A stretch of DNA of 64,000 nt from Lingula anatina (Eukaryota; Animalia; Brachiopoda), in contig CM120640.1 in the NCBI GenBank assembly GCA_051362555.1, positions 62,040,788 to 62,104,787 on the forward strand, in the 5' to 3' direction. The notes beneath the pieces were generated by a model. That model did no database searches and was not told the origin of the DNA. It saw only the letters and a list, made by a program, of their open reading frames with translations. Shown here piece by piece: positions 28,007 to 40,496 of the stretch. Both the position numbers and the translations under genes were made by a program. How positions within the stretch are numbered: the first letter of the stretch is position 1; the number at the start of each line of letters is the position of its first letter.

Positions 28007-30137
28007 CTATCGTCTCAAGAAGACGGCAGCCGCAGCGGTCAAAACGGCAAGCAGACGACAGGACGACCGACTGGATATGGCGGTGTTACACAGGTCGCTA
28101 GTGCAGCATTCAATAGACGCCCCAATTGTCGCTGTTAGACAGACAGAGGAGCAGGACCGACTCGCAGAATTGCCATAAACCACTTTCTGGAAGTAAAAGT
28201 GTAAGTGGAATCAATATTGTCTAAAATTCTAATGCTCCAAGGACCTACCCTCTACCAGGGTGAGTGATAGATTTTTTACAGATATTCACAGATATGTCTC
28301 TAGCTAGATAGCTGGTCATTTTCAACTCAACTCAAGTTACTATATAAGTTACTATAAGTAACTGGCTCGCGCTGCCAGTAATTACGCCGCGGGATATTCA
28401 GGGCACAGACCGTGATCATAAGATACCGCGAATAGAAAATAGATTTTTAGAAAATAGACTTTCCATGTGAACGAAGCCTAAGTGCTCCACTTACAGCTAT
28501 CCTAATATATATCAGGAACATAAATCAGACTGGGAAAACCTGCGGGGATTAATATATTAGCATTTGCACGGTGATAGAAGCATGTGCATTTTGCGAGTGA
28601 GATATGTGCAGGAATTTACCTTAAGATAAAATTGGATACACATTGGATAGACATTATGCTTGCACGTGTGCTGTAGTTAACATGGTGTTTACACACATTG
28701 CATAAACTGCTGATAACACAGCTCTCCTGTTCTTAACGCAAAATTACCACTTCAAATGAGTGACCCAATTGGCATTTCATCTAAATGTACAAATATGTTC
28801 CTGTGTGTGAGAGAGAAATACATAACTATAAAAATGAATACACGAATAAATATACAAATATATTAGTAAAAAGATTAGATACCGTGCACGATCCAGAACA
28901 AGTAGTCGTATTAGGCTTTGAGAATGTATTGAGCCAACTCCACTCCACGCCACATCTACTGTCCGTAGCGGAGGTACAGCTGTAACATTCAACAGCATCT
29001 GTCTCTGGAAGAGAAGAGACAATTTAAGAGCATTGGCAGTTGTGCTTTCATGAATATTTTCTTGGACGTACTGACACTGATTTACGATCATGAATTGACC
29101 CTTTTGCTGAGTGGGAATCATCAGAAACTCTTTTTCTCAGAGAGCACATTTTTTTATTTTATGGAAATTTTTAACCATTTGCAGGGGAGTTATATGGGGC
29201 AATTACGTTATTTACATGGATACAATGTAGTTTTATAGTGTATTGTAGTCAATGTCATCCTATTGTATAGATAAAATTGTACTAAATATTGTGTAGTACA
29301 TACAAACAGTACATATTTACTATACATGCTGGTGCATCGGCTACAATAAATATCTTATTCTCATTCACATTTCAAGCATGGCGCGAAAGGACCTTGGGCA
29401 GACATTTCAAATTATTCAAAGTACACTGGTCAGCGTGACGTAAATAAACAAGAATTTCAGGGGGAAAAATCATGGCTGTAATTGTGCTGAATTTTAAATA
29501 AAGACCACAACGTTCACACCGGAGTCAGTATTTACAGTGGATATTGGATCTGGAAGTGACATTGGGAAAAGATCCAATTTGACTCGGAAGTCCTCACGAT
29601 AGACTGATTATTCAAAATAAATATGAAGCAGGTACTATTTCAGATCCTCAGTTCGTTCCCATTTGACATAGAAATAGAAATGTTTTAATGGATAATAAAA
29701 AAACTGTCAAACCAACAAATACTGGCTAAGATAAAATATTAATATAAAAAATATCATGTCAACCATGATTCTTTTATGAAATTTATCGAAATTGTGTGAA
29801 AGGAGAATTTACAGAATCTCCCATTCTCTTGGTTATTCAAGTTATTTACCAAGCCAAAGTGGACTTCCGATTTTTATAACTGAACTGTAATTTAATTCTA
29901 AAAATAAAGCAGTGCGCTTATAAACATACTTTTACGACAATTTTATTTGTCATACTTTTTACCTTCAGTTGTTTGCAGAGAAACAATTCATCGTCGGTTC
30001 AACCGTAGATTATAAGGTTTTTACCTGTAACTCCTTAATGTTTTTCTATCCTATCCTATTTTACAATATTTACCTGGAATGGACATCAGCACAACTCCTA
30101 GTAACAAAGACAATATAACACATGTAGACTTGTCCAT
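28007..30137 (-). CDS. Ly6/uPAR three-finger-fold GPI-anchored protein A (quiver/sleepless/CD59-like), 121 aa, 3 coding exons
   Basis: Exons 30137-30074, 29004-28883 and 28186-28007 (366 nt, GT-AG). Translation: MDKSTCVILSLLLGVVLMSIPETDAVECYSCTSATDSRCGVEWSWLNTFSKPNTTTCSGSCTKVVYGNSASRSCSSVCLTATIGASIECCTSDLCNTAISSRSSCRLLAVLTAAAAVFLRR. It has a signal peptide, a 10-Cys LU pattern with CYxC and CCxxDLCN, and a hydrophobic GPI signal. Confidence 0.9.
29510..29826 (+). repeat. Dispersed ~320-bp repeat, copy 1 (intron of Ly6 gene A)
   Basis: acgttcacaccggagtcagtatttacagtgg...gaatctcccattc is highly similar to 40179-40496. Confidence 0.88.
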
Positions 30138-30439
30138 GGTAAAAGCGTATGTTGGGGAAATGTACTCGGTAATTTTATCTGTGTTGTTCAAACCGGCGTC
30201 TGATATATTTCCCTGGTTACCAACAACAGAGTCAAAGGATTACGTGATAGGTCCATTTTATGCCAGCTAATAATGTGTGCAAGGTCTTATCATTCGGTCC
30301 GTGGTACACAGGATACTTGACTGACTGAGGGGAACCTTGGCAATATCGCAGTAACCAAACAAACACGTAGACCTACCTTTATGGTGATAGGCGACAGTTT
30401 ACACCCCCTCTCTTTATATATATATATTTTTATATATAT

Positions 30440-30443
<4 letters not shown>

Positions 30444-30485
<42 letters not shown>
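30444..30485 (+). repeat. (GA)n microsatellite upstream of Ly6 gene A
   Basis: Directly visible. Confidence 0.9.
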
Positions 30486-30486
<1 letters not shown>

Positions 30487-30588
30487 ATTTCAAGAGCACA
30501 AATTAATAATCTGTTGTGTTGGTCAGAGAGTTACGCATCTTGCAGGCCCCTTTATTCATCTCCTTGCAAGACGTGATGCGAACAATTC

Positions 30589-30644
30589 ATTTTCATTTGG
30601 ACAACAATTACAATTTAAAATAAAATTGTTGTCCAAATGAAAAT
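30589..30644. repeat. Perfect 21-bp inverted repeat with 14-nt loop (hairpin/cruciform)
   Basis: attttcatttggacaacaatt (30589-30609) / aattgttgtccaaatgaaaat (30624-30644). Confidence 0.85.
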
Positions 30645-31000
30645 AACTCGATATGTTCATTACCCGACTCGGGAACTTGCCTACGCGTCTGGTGACCTCC
30701 ACGCTAAGTTCACTTTATAGCAAAAAAAAAAAAAAAAAAGATTTTCTTGGAAATGTCAACACTTCCTTCAATCACCAAGGTAAACCATTTCCAAAACTGT
30801 CCACAGAATTAAGATTCATATATTTTTTAATGAGTTCTGTGTTACAAGATTTTGAGTAATTCTCGTAGATGAATACTGGCAAACTCGAGGAGATCGTAAC
30901 TTTCCCAAAGGATTAGATAGGCTAAAACTTGCTGAAATTTCCAGGGGTATTATCATTATTATAAGGCGCAGTGTTTGACTTTAATGATGCGGACTGTAGT

Positions 31001-31220
31001 GGTGGCAAGAACGTGGCTATCTTCTTAACCGATCAAGATATACCAACATGTTGCTTATCAATAAAAAAAAACTTATTTTAACAGCGCTATATATCCTTAT
31101 GTAACTATTACGTTATGAAAAAAGGATATGAAATGAAAAGCTGCTGAAATAAACTTTTATTGATATGCAACATGTTGCCATAACTGGGTCAATTAAGAAG
31201 ATAGCTACGTTCCTGCCACC
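31001..31220. mobile_element. Fold-back/MITE-like element with ~66-bp imperfect inverted arms
   Basis: ggtggcaagaacgtggctatcttcttaa...caacatgttgcttatcaataaaa (31001-31066) pairs with 31154-31220. Confidence 0.7.
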
Positions 31221-33131
31221 TCACCCTCATCCACATCCAAGTCTGAGCGATTGCTTACGAATATTAAGATAGGAGGTTTTTGATAACTCCTCCTCGGTTT
31301 GTACAGATAAAAAAGTTCACATTGCTTTCGACACTGGGGAAACAATTTACTTCGTTTGAATTTCATCATCTGGTGCTTTCATTTTATTCAAGAATTTTTC
31401 TTAGAATGTGTTGTTGAAAACATCTTCGAGTTTTTCTTTGTAAGATTAAAGTGCAATGTCCTAAAAGCATGTTAATATTTAATTTGAATCGATTCGTTGT
31501 TGTTGTTGCAGTCAACAGTCAATATTTGTCGACAGCTGGCTAATTCAATAAGAACAATCAAACTGACGTGATTATATGCTTTCATCTTTGTTATCAATTC
31601 TCTTTTTCACCCCAAGAAATTATTGTGGGGAAAGTCTAAAGCGAAACTAACTTGAAGGGCACGTCATGCTGTCGCCTTCCCAAAAGGCATTAGTGCATAT
31701 AGCCTAAGTTCCCTTATTTTTTTTTTTCAAAACAAATATAAAACCAGTTTTAGCTTTTGAAAGTCTCTATGGAAATTTGAATATATCGTGAATTGTTGAT
31801 TACATCTTTGGCAAGCCCTTGCGCAAACTATTTGTAATTGAGACGTGCCCCGCTTCTGAAACTTTTCTTCTAGTTGCTATAGCAGCAGTACAGAAAAGTA
31901 TACAAATTTGCATCTTTTTTCTTCAAAAATATATCGTAAAGCCTCTAGGGCTGTTTGCGAATAGAGAGAACAGCTTGCATTTATTAACATGTTGAGTACT
32001 CTCAACAAAAATCTGTATGCAACAATATTCTGTAACTAAGATGTTTATTTCACAAACAAAACAGATAAAAGTGTTTTATAGAAGAGGTGCTGAAAATTAA
32101 ACGATACGCTTATAGTACAGTCGCTGCTCCTCTTCACCGTAATCTAGACCCCTTGTAAATTATTGAAATCTATTTAACTTGTATTTTTAAATTTTTGCAA
32201 TCATTCACTTAAGCATTTCTTAAGCATTAAAGCTTAGTTTTTTAATCTTCATTATCGTAAAACTTGAAATAAGCCCATGCGTGAATCCCAAACACCTTTG
32301 CAAGTAAGATAAGTCTTGTTTTCAAAATTCTTTATAATTTGCTTTAACTTAAAATAACAAAATTCTCATCTTTTTAATTCTATCTCCAAAAGTATTGTGA
32401 AAAGACAATAACGCTTTTTGATCCGTATAAAAATCCCATATAAACTCAAGTACAAGTTGACATACAAAATATATACTTTAAGGGAAACTCCATGGGATTT
32501 CCCCGCCAAAATGGATTTTCCCGGGGAAATAAGTAATTTCCTCATACTCACGAATCATTTATCTATCCCACTCTGCACTTGGATTCGACCTTAAATCAAT
32601 TTATAAAGGTTGATTTAGTTAAAAGGATGGCCAGTCTTTATAACCAGCGACCATCTTCCTATAAGGTTCCCTATAAATTTCAACATCGATAATGCTCCAG
32701 AAAAAATATTGAAGGGGTTAAATTGTTTTAAAGGTGTATGCAAGGTTTATTAAACTGTGGATGGCAAAATTAATCATTTGAGAGGGGGGGGGGGGTTCAA
32801 ACCCATGGAGTGTACCTTTAAACTGCATTTAATCAGAATCACATCTACATAAACAAAGTCTGGCTGGAGTAGTTAAATCTGTACCCATACAAATTCATCT
32901 TACGCTTTATCAGATTTATATCCAGAAAGGATAAGATCTTAGATATGAAGGGACACTGCAAGGGTATGTTCTGCCAAATCGTCATATCATCATTTTTATT
33001 AATGAAATCTTGTTTTCAAATTGCGTATGAAAAAAACGCTGAAATTTGATTATAAATTAGAGTCAAAGCATTTCACTAAAAAGTAGCGTCTTGGATATGT
33101 AAGAAAATGAGTTCCGCTTCCCTTTTCAACT

Positions 33132-36100
33132 CTACTCCAAAAGGAGTCTCCAGAGGGCAGCTACAATGGCGACCATTACAGCCAGCAGACGATAGGCAGG
33201 CAGGCTGGATATGGCGGTGTTACACAGGTCACTGGTGCAGCATTCAATTGACGCCCCTATTGTCGCTGATACACACACAGGGGAGCAGGATCGGGTTATC
33301 AAATCTCCAACTACAATTTTCTAAAAAAAAATTAAGTCATCAATACAAAAAAAAAACAAAAAATTATAACCCTTAAAAGTTTTCACAGTGTTCGTTGCAT
33401 GTTTATGGGGCTGTCTTAAATGAAAAAAATCATCAGTTATCTCTATTTCTATGTAATCACCGAATTGCTTTATGATAGCTTGGTCCAAGGTAATACAGAT
33501 TTCGATGAATGAAGTGAATAACAATATGCAAGCTGCTTGTTTGAAAAACAAAATAACAGCGTAATTTTTTTCTGGAAAATTATGCCGCTTTACTTGTTAA
33601 TATTATTAGTGAACATTAGATAAATAATAACACAGATAAATGGAAACGTATAAATCTGACGAACTGATAAGAGTTACATAGAATTCTGATAAAAAAATTC
33701 ATATAATTTGTCAGCTGATAGATTTTTCTTTACGCTAAAAAAGTGTGTGGGGGGGGAGGGGAGAGAGGAGGTATTTAAAAATCCACGAAAAGTCTTTGAT
33801 AATATACCACGTTATTTCATTTCCAAAATTAGGTCTTTTGGTAAGAAGTCCATGTCCGCGAATTCTTATTAAAAAATTCATATAATTTGTCAGCTGATAG
33901 ATTTTTCTTTACGCTAAAAAAAGTGTGTGTGGGGGGGGGGGGGGGGGGGGAGGGGAAAGAGGAGGTATTTAAAAATCCACGAAAAGTCTTCGATAATATA
34001 CCACGTTATTTCATTTCTAAAATTAGGTCTTTTGGCAAGAAGTGCATGTCCGCGAATTCTTATAAAAAAATTCATATAATTTGTCAGCTGATAGATTTTT
34101 CTTTACGCTAAAAAAAGTGTGGGGGGGGGGGGGGGAGGGGAGAGAGGAGGTATTTAAAAATCCACGAAAAGTCTTTGAGAATATACCACGTTATTTCATT
34201 TCTAAAACTAGGTCTTTTGGTAAGAAGTCCATGTCCGCGTAACCCCCCTTCCCCCCCTCCCCACCGCTTAGTCCATATCTTATAATTACCGTGCATGATC
34301 CGATGCAGGTGGTGGTAGGAGGAGGTGACAGGGTGGTCGTCCAGCTCCACGCACCACACTTATCGTTTGAAGCCGAGTTGCAAGAGTAACATTTAACTGC
34401 TTCTGTCCCTAAAATTGACAAATTTATATTTCTGATATTAGGGAAAAGGGATAAACTCTGTTCATGAACGTAATGTTAACAAGCGTTCTCCTTCTTTGGT
34501 ACATTTATTATAAAAACAATGATGAAAACTAGACAGCAAAGCTAACAAACACACATACACACATCAAACAAACAAGCAACCAAAAAAGCTACTTTATTAA
34601 AAAAAGGGGAAAGAGACAAAGTCATTAAGCAATTTTGAAGTAAAATAAAAGTTTGGCCGTTAAAGGACGAACGTCACAAAAATACATGTTTTAAAAAAAT
34701 CCAAAAAATTCAATTAAAAAATTATCTGAACATGTCAGTTTTTGAAAGGAACCTGCTCTATTAGCATACACAGTTTGAAACTTAATAGGCTTATCGTCAA
34801 AATAATGTAAAAAAAGAACTTTTGTTAAAATAATCCAATCATGTTGATTATCGAAAGGAACATTTCTAACCAAACAATGCTACTCAGTAAATTTAAAACA
34901 AAAATATGCTTTAGCAGCAATAGGAACTCATACTGTTTATTACAATTTAGTTTAGCTCTTATTTATATAATATATATCTTAACCATTTTCATCTATAAAC
35001 TTCTTTGTATTTTATGTTGTACAGTCTATTGAACATTTTATGGATTTTAGACTTGAAATAAATAAATATATTATTATTATTATTATTATTATAATTCGGA
35101 CATTGACAGCACGTATACGACACGTACAGGCAGCGATTAGCATAATCACACAGGTGTACAGTATTTATAAACATACATGTCTGTATAATTCTTATCTTTA
35201 CGACATAATATACCATTTACCAGGACCTCAGATTAATTATGTGCCCTTTTCTCCAGCGCTTGCACTTTTCCTTTTAGGAAGCAAGTTACATACAGTGTAT
35301 TCCCATATTTTAATATCAGATATCAAATACAAGCATATGAAACTGTTTTGAATAAAGACAAATTGTCCTTGGTGATCAGCATATTTTTCTCTTATTTTAA
35401 GTCTTAAAAGGATAGCTAATGTATTTTGAGATAATGCATTTGAAGATGGAACATGTATGAAAATTTCTTCAGCAAAAAAAAAAAAAAAAAAAAAAAAAAG
35501 TCATTAAGTTCAACCTAGTGCAATGAAAGTGGAAATTTTATATTAATTTTGGAAGTTTTTATTTATGTATTTTTTACATTTTTACACACTTTGTGAATTC
35601 TTACTAGCGCCCATGCATATGGACTTCCTGTGCATGTATACTTGTACCATTGTTTTGAAAATAAAATTATATCCTGTTGTTTTTTTACCCTCTATTTTTT
35701 ATTGAATATAAAAGAGGTAACTGTTCATATCAGCCCAAAATGGATTCTCCTGGAGTAAATGACAATTTCCCCCTTCTTACCAATAGTTACTGGGGTACTG
35801 AATCAGTTTTGACATTCAAAATTAGTCGATCTGTACTGTAATTTTTTAATTTATTTTAATATTTCAAAAGATTATTACAGAGTACAGCCACCATGTGATT
35901 GGATGGCAAGAACAGTTTCCTAAATAATTGTGAAAACTACCATTTTGGTGGTAAAATGGAATATATATATTGTATTCCTATGGGTTCTTTACACTATTTA
36001 TTCTTAAATGTGAATCTCATAAAAACAGTTGTTAACCCTTTAAAATATTCATTTAAGAAACGATGAATTTGTCTGTGCAAAATAAAGAAAAACAACTTTG

Positions 36101-37302
36101 TTTTATTTTAAACTTAATTTTTGGACTCAGAAATGTTCAATTACCTACATAATTTCATAAGTAACATTGAAACATATGCAAGGTACATGTACCGGTAGTA
36201 GGGCATAGAAAAAGAAGGTGCAACAATATTAAATTTACAAGTTAGATATAAAACTCACTGACACGCATTGTTTGACTATCAATTGAAAACTGTAATAATA
36301 TCCAAAATAACCGGTGATAATCGCCAAAATAAAGTACATCTGCAAATGTAAACAAACGCCGAGTTGGGCCCGTCTTGGGTCATGGATGACGCAAAACCTG
36401 GATTTTGCACGATTTTTGGTACAAAAAATTCTGCAACAATTTTTTCCAAAGATGGATTTTAATGATTTTTTATACATACAATATTGATTAAAAGATACGT
36501 TATCTCTTATCCGGAATTTCCCGCACACTCTCTAGTTGAGGAATAGTGGCCAAAGTTACGATGTTGCCAAGGTCAAATTTTACCGCTCAGTGCGACTTTG
36601 ACGAACGCAAGCTCACTCTAAACGACAATATTTCATTAGAAGGCTACGTGAATATGAAATCTACATACCCCACAATCATAATATCGTATTAGACTTGCTA
36701 AGTATGCATTTATTTAAAGTATATAGCCATTTTTCGACCAAGTTTAATTTTTTACAAAATGTGAGCCCGACGTTACGTCCTGGCGCGAGAAAACGACGTT
36801 ATATCACTCCGCATCGACAGTATGTGTCCTACTGTGTGACCTGGCAGAGGGTAGCCAAACAAAGTTTTTCAAATGTTGTCACTGATGACGCAAAAAGAAT
36901 GCTACGTTAGTAACATTCATGTGTTCGTGCCTTTGTGTTCCATTTGAAATAATATGTTCGTGCAGGACTTGGAACATTCTTAACGGTTGCAATCACATGT
37001 ATGAGGTGAATCTCTTTACTTCCCTAAGAGTTACCAACAATCATACATTGAAATGGGAAATAAGAAATAATTCGGATATTGAAATAAAAGTTAACGCGAT
37101 GGTCGACTCTTTTCTTGGCATTCCATCGTGCTTCACTGGTATAACTTTCCCCAAACTCCCCTTAATACCAAAGTTGCCGTTTGGCTCACAATCAAGCTTT
37201 TCTCAAGAAAAGCTGAAACATTTTCGAAGCAACAGTGTAATCCCTACCTTGAACAAAGAAAAAAGCACACGCCAAAATCAGTAGTAACACTCTTTTGTCC
37301 AT
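33132..37302 (-). CDS. Ly6/uPAR three-finger-fold GPI-anchored protein B, 120 aa, 3 coding exons; tandem paralog of gene A
   Basis: Exons 37302-37248, 34408-34290 and 33320-33132 (363 nt, GT-AG, same phases as gene A). Translation: MDKRVLLLILACAFFFVQGTEAVKCYSCNSASNDKCGAWSWTTTLSPPPTTTCIGSCTKIVVGDLITRSCSPVCVSATIGASIECCTSDLCNTAISSLPAYRLLAVMVAIVAALWRLLLE. Confidence 0.9.
33690..34240 (+). repeat. Tandem repeat, 3 x ~180-195 bp, with variable-length poly-G tracts (intron 2 of Ly6 gene B)
   Basis: ttcatataatttgtcagctgatag recurs at ~33698, 33877 and 34071; units differ mainly in G-run length. Confidence 0.92.
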
Positions 37303-39383
37303 CTTCGAAGTCAAATTATCAAACAGCCGTGAGTTCCCACTCAAACTAGATGACACCAATATAATGCGTCGTTGATCAAGGTCTCTTTTTCTCAAATGAT
37401 TCACTATGAACTACTACGCATGCTCTATACTTAGCAAGAGGCCATAAAACAAAAATAACCCACGAACTAAACCAGTTTCGGTTCCTCTTTCATTTTCTGC
37501 GAAAACGGTTGGATTAATGTTTGCATAATACAAAATTGATTGAAGGCTGTCGTGTTATCACGTTCAATACCATCTATTTTTTAGTGTAAGGGCCTACCGA
37601 TATTCATCTGTGATAATCATGCAGGTGTTACAGATTGGAGTTTAAAAAGCACACGCCAAAATCAGTAGTAACACTCTTTTGTCCATCTTCGAAGTCAAAT
37701 TATCAAACAGCCGTGAGTTCCCACTCAAACTAGATGACACCAATATAATGCGTCTTTGATCAAGGTCTCTTTTTCTCAAATGATTCACTATGAACTACTA
37801 CGCATGCTCTATAGGGTAGACCGGGGCTAAACGCCCAGTCGGGGTCAAACGCCCACCCGCTTTTTTTCAGGTATTACGTATAAATACGCGTCTCGTGATG
37901 TTTTGTCCACTTCCGATTTCCAGCAGACTTATCCTCCATGACGGAGATGACCACAAACTAAAAAATAAGCATTTTATGATAATTTGTTCATTTTTGCCTT
38001 GTTTACTGTTATTTAGCCTTTTCCTTAACATCAGTGACACCACCTACCAAATGCACGAATTCAAAAAACTTTGTTGGTGACAGAAAGGATGGTATCAGAC
38101 CTCCATACAAGTTTTGATGAAGTCAGATTGTATAAAACTTTTCCCGACGAATTTTGAAAAAATATACAAAATATCAAAAGGCGTTTTGCCCCATATCAGC
38201 ATGGGCGTTTTGCCCCCTTTCGTTTTTAAATAAAAAATAATTCTAAAAAGATGCGGAAGTGTTCTTTCATGCACGTTTTTTATTGTATATCATCAGTTAT
38301 AACACTTATAAGGGGAAAAGCCAAAGCAAGTGGCTGTACTAGGAACTTAATTTTGGAAGTATCACAGTGCCCTGTCGTAAAGAGTAGAATTACAGCTCAT
38401 TCTGAATAAACATGATGGGTATTTTTATTATCTCAGTACCCCAAAATATTATATGTTGCTTTTAAAGGCTTACTAAGTTGTCTCGTAGAAATATAATTTT
38501 ATTTTATTTTGCTTTGTACAAAGGCGGGGCATAACGCCTATAGTTTGGGGCAAGACGCCCACGGTGGGCGTTTAGCCCCGTGGTGCGAGGCGTAATGCCC
38601 CAGCCATGGGGCAAAAAAGCCGATTTTAAAATTTACCTATTTTTTACCTATAAGGTTTTTCTTTTGTTTGTTTCCAAAAGTGTTAGTATCAGTTTGTAGT
38701 CTAGTCAGCCCTTCATAGTTAACACCCACTTTGAACGGTCTATACCTTCAGCAGGGAAAATTGTGATGTTTCTTGCTTAGGGGGGGCGTTTAGCCCCGGT
38801 CTACCTTAGCAAGAGGCCATAAAACAAAAATAACCCACGAACTAAACCAGTTTCGGTTCCTCTTTCATTTTCTGCGAAAACGGTTGGATTAATGTTTGCA
38901 TAATACAAAATTAATTGAAGGCTGTCGTGTTATCACGTTCAATACCATCTATTTTTTAGTGTAAGGGCCTACCGATATTCATCTGTGATAATCATGCAGG
39001 TGTTACAGATTGGAGTTTAAAAAGCACACGCCAAAATCAGTAGTAACACTCTTTTGTCCATCTTCGAAGTCAAATTATCAAACAGCCGTGAGTTCCCACT
39101 CAAACTAGATGACACCAATATAATGCGTCGTTGATCAAGGTCTCTTTTTCTCAAATGATTCACTATGAACTACTACGCATGCTCTATACTTAGCAAGAGG
39201 CCATAAAACAAAAATAACCCACGAACTAAACCAGTTTCGGTTCCTCTTTCATTTTCTGCGAAAACGGTTGGATTAATGTTTGCATAATACAAAATTAATT
39301 GAAGGCTGTCGTGTTATCACGTTCAATACCATCTATTTTTTAGTGTAAGGGCCTACCGATATTCATCTGTGATAATCGTGCAG
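37261..39383. repeat. Tandem triplication (~384-bp unit) of the Ly6-B promoter, 5'UTR and start of the signal exon
   Basis: aaaagcacacgccaaaatcagtagtaacac... starts at ~37261, ~37645 and ~39020. Copies are nearly identical; the middle copy is interrupted by a transposon. Confidence 0.95.
37814..38806. mobile_element. ~1-kb non-autonomous DNA transposon with 22-bp TIRs and subterminal repeats, TA-flanked (Tc1/mariner-superfamily-like, pogo/Fot1-like)
   Basis: ggtagaccggggctaaacgccc / gggcgtttagccccggtctacc, with multiple internal gggcgtttt/tagcccc-like motifs. It is absent from the sister copies of the triplication. No transposase ORF. Confidence 0.9.
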
Positions 39384-39763
39384 GGGGTCCTGATCCCCCC
39401 CTTCGATTTCTGGTCCCCTCTTGAAATAAGGATTTTGACTAGCTGAATCATAGTTCTAAACTGTACCAAATGGCAGCGTTTGACCCGGGCACTTCAGCGA
39501 ACCCCGAACCTCACGCCAAGTATCGCATCCGCGGCCCCCCCTTCATATAATCCTGGGGGTCCGCCCCTGATCATCACATGTTTGCATGTAGCTACATGTT
39601 TGCATGTATCCAAACCAGAACAGAACATTATAATCTTTATCATTGTTGCGAGAAAACTTGCAATTCGTGGCACACATTTTTATGTGATTATAGGCCTATA
39701 ACATGTTTTACTCTTACATTTTCGATAAACCAGATCTGATAGCTTGGTCAAGATTGTTAGCAA

Positions 39764-39836
39764 AAAAATAAAATAAAAAATAAAAATAAATAAAATAAAA
39801 TAAAATAAAATAAAATAAAATAAAATAAAATAAAAA
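39764..39836 (+). repeat. (TAAAA)n pentanucleotide microsatellite
   Basis: Directly visible. Confidence 0.9.
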
Positions 39837-40178
39837 ATTCATTAGTTCCATCACATTTTTACAAGTTAAAATAAAAATAGAAAGTAATAAAAAGAAAAGA
39901 AAAAAGGGCTATCAACTAACAATATCTACAGTAGTCACATAAAAATATGCTTATGTATGGTGAACATTTTTTGAAAAAATAAATCTGTTATAGTTATAGT
40001 CATACCCTAACAACATTCAATACTGTGACATTTAGTATTTTGCAAATGTAAATGTACGTGTTTTAACATTATTATCATGTAAAAATGTTGTTTTAATGAG
40101 CATATTTACAAAAAAGGAAGAAATAATAAATGAAATATAAAGTAAAAAATATAAAGAGAAATAAAATAACAGAAAATC

Positions 40179-40496
40179 ACGTTCACACCGGAGTCAGTAT
40201 TTACAGTGGATATTGGATCTGGAAGTGACATTGGGAAAAGACCCAATTGACTCGGAAGTCCTCACGAAAGACTGATTATTCAAAATAAATATGAAGCAGG
40301 TTCTATTTTTAGATCCTTAGTTCGTTCCCATTTGACATAGAAACAGAATCATTTTAATGAATAATAAAAAAGACTGTCAAACCATCAAATACCGGCTAAG
40401 ATAAAATATTAATATCAAAAATATCGTGTCAACCATGATTCTTTTTTGAAATTTATCGAAATTGTGTGAAAGGAGAAATTACAGAATCTCCCATTC
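40179..40496 (+). repeat. Dispersed ~320-bp repeat, copy 2
   Basis: Matches 29510-29826. Confidence 0.88.
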
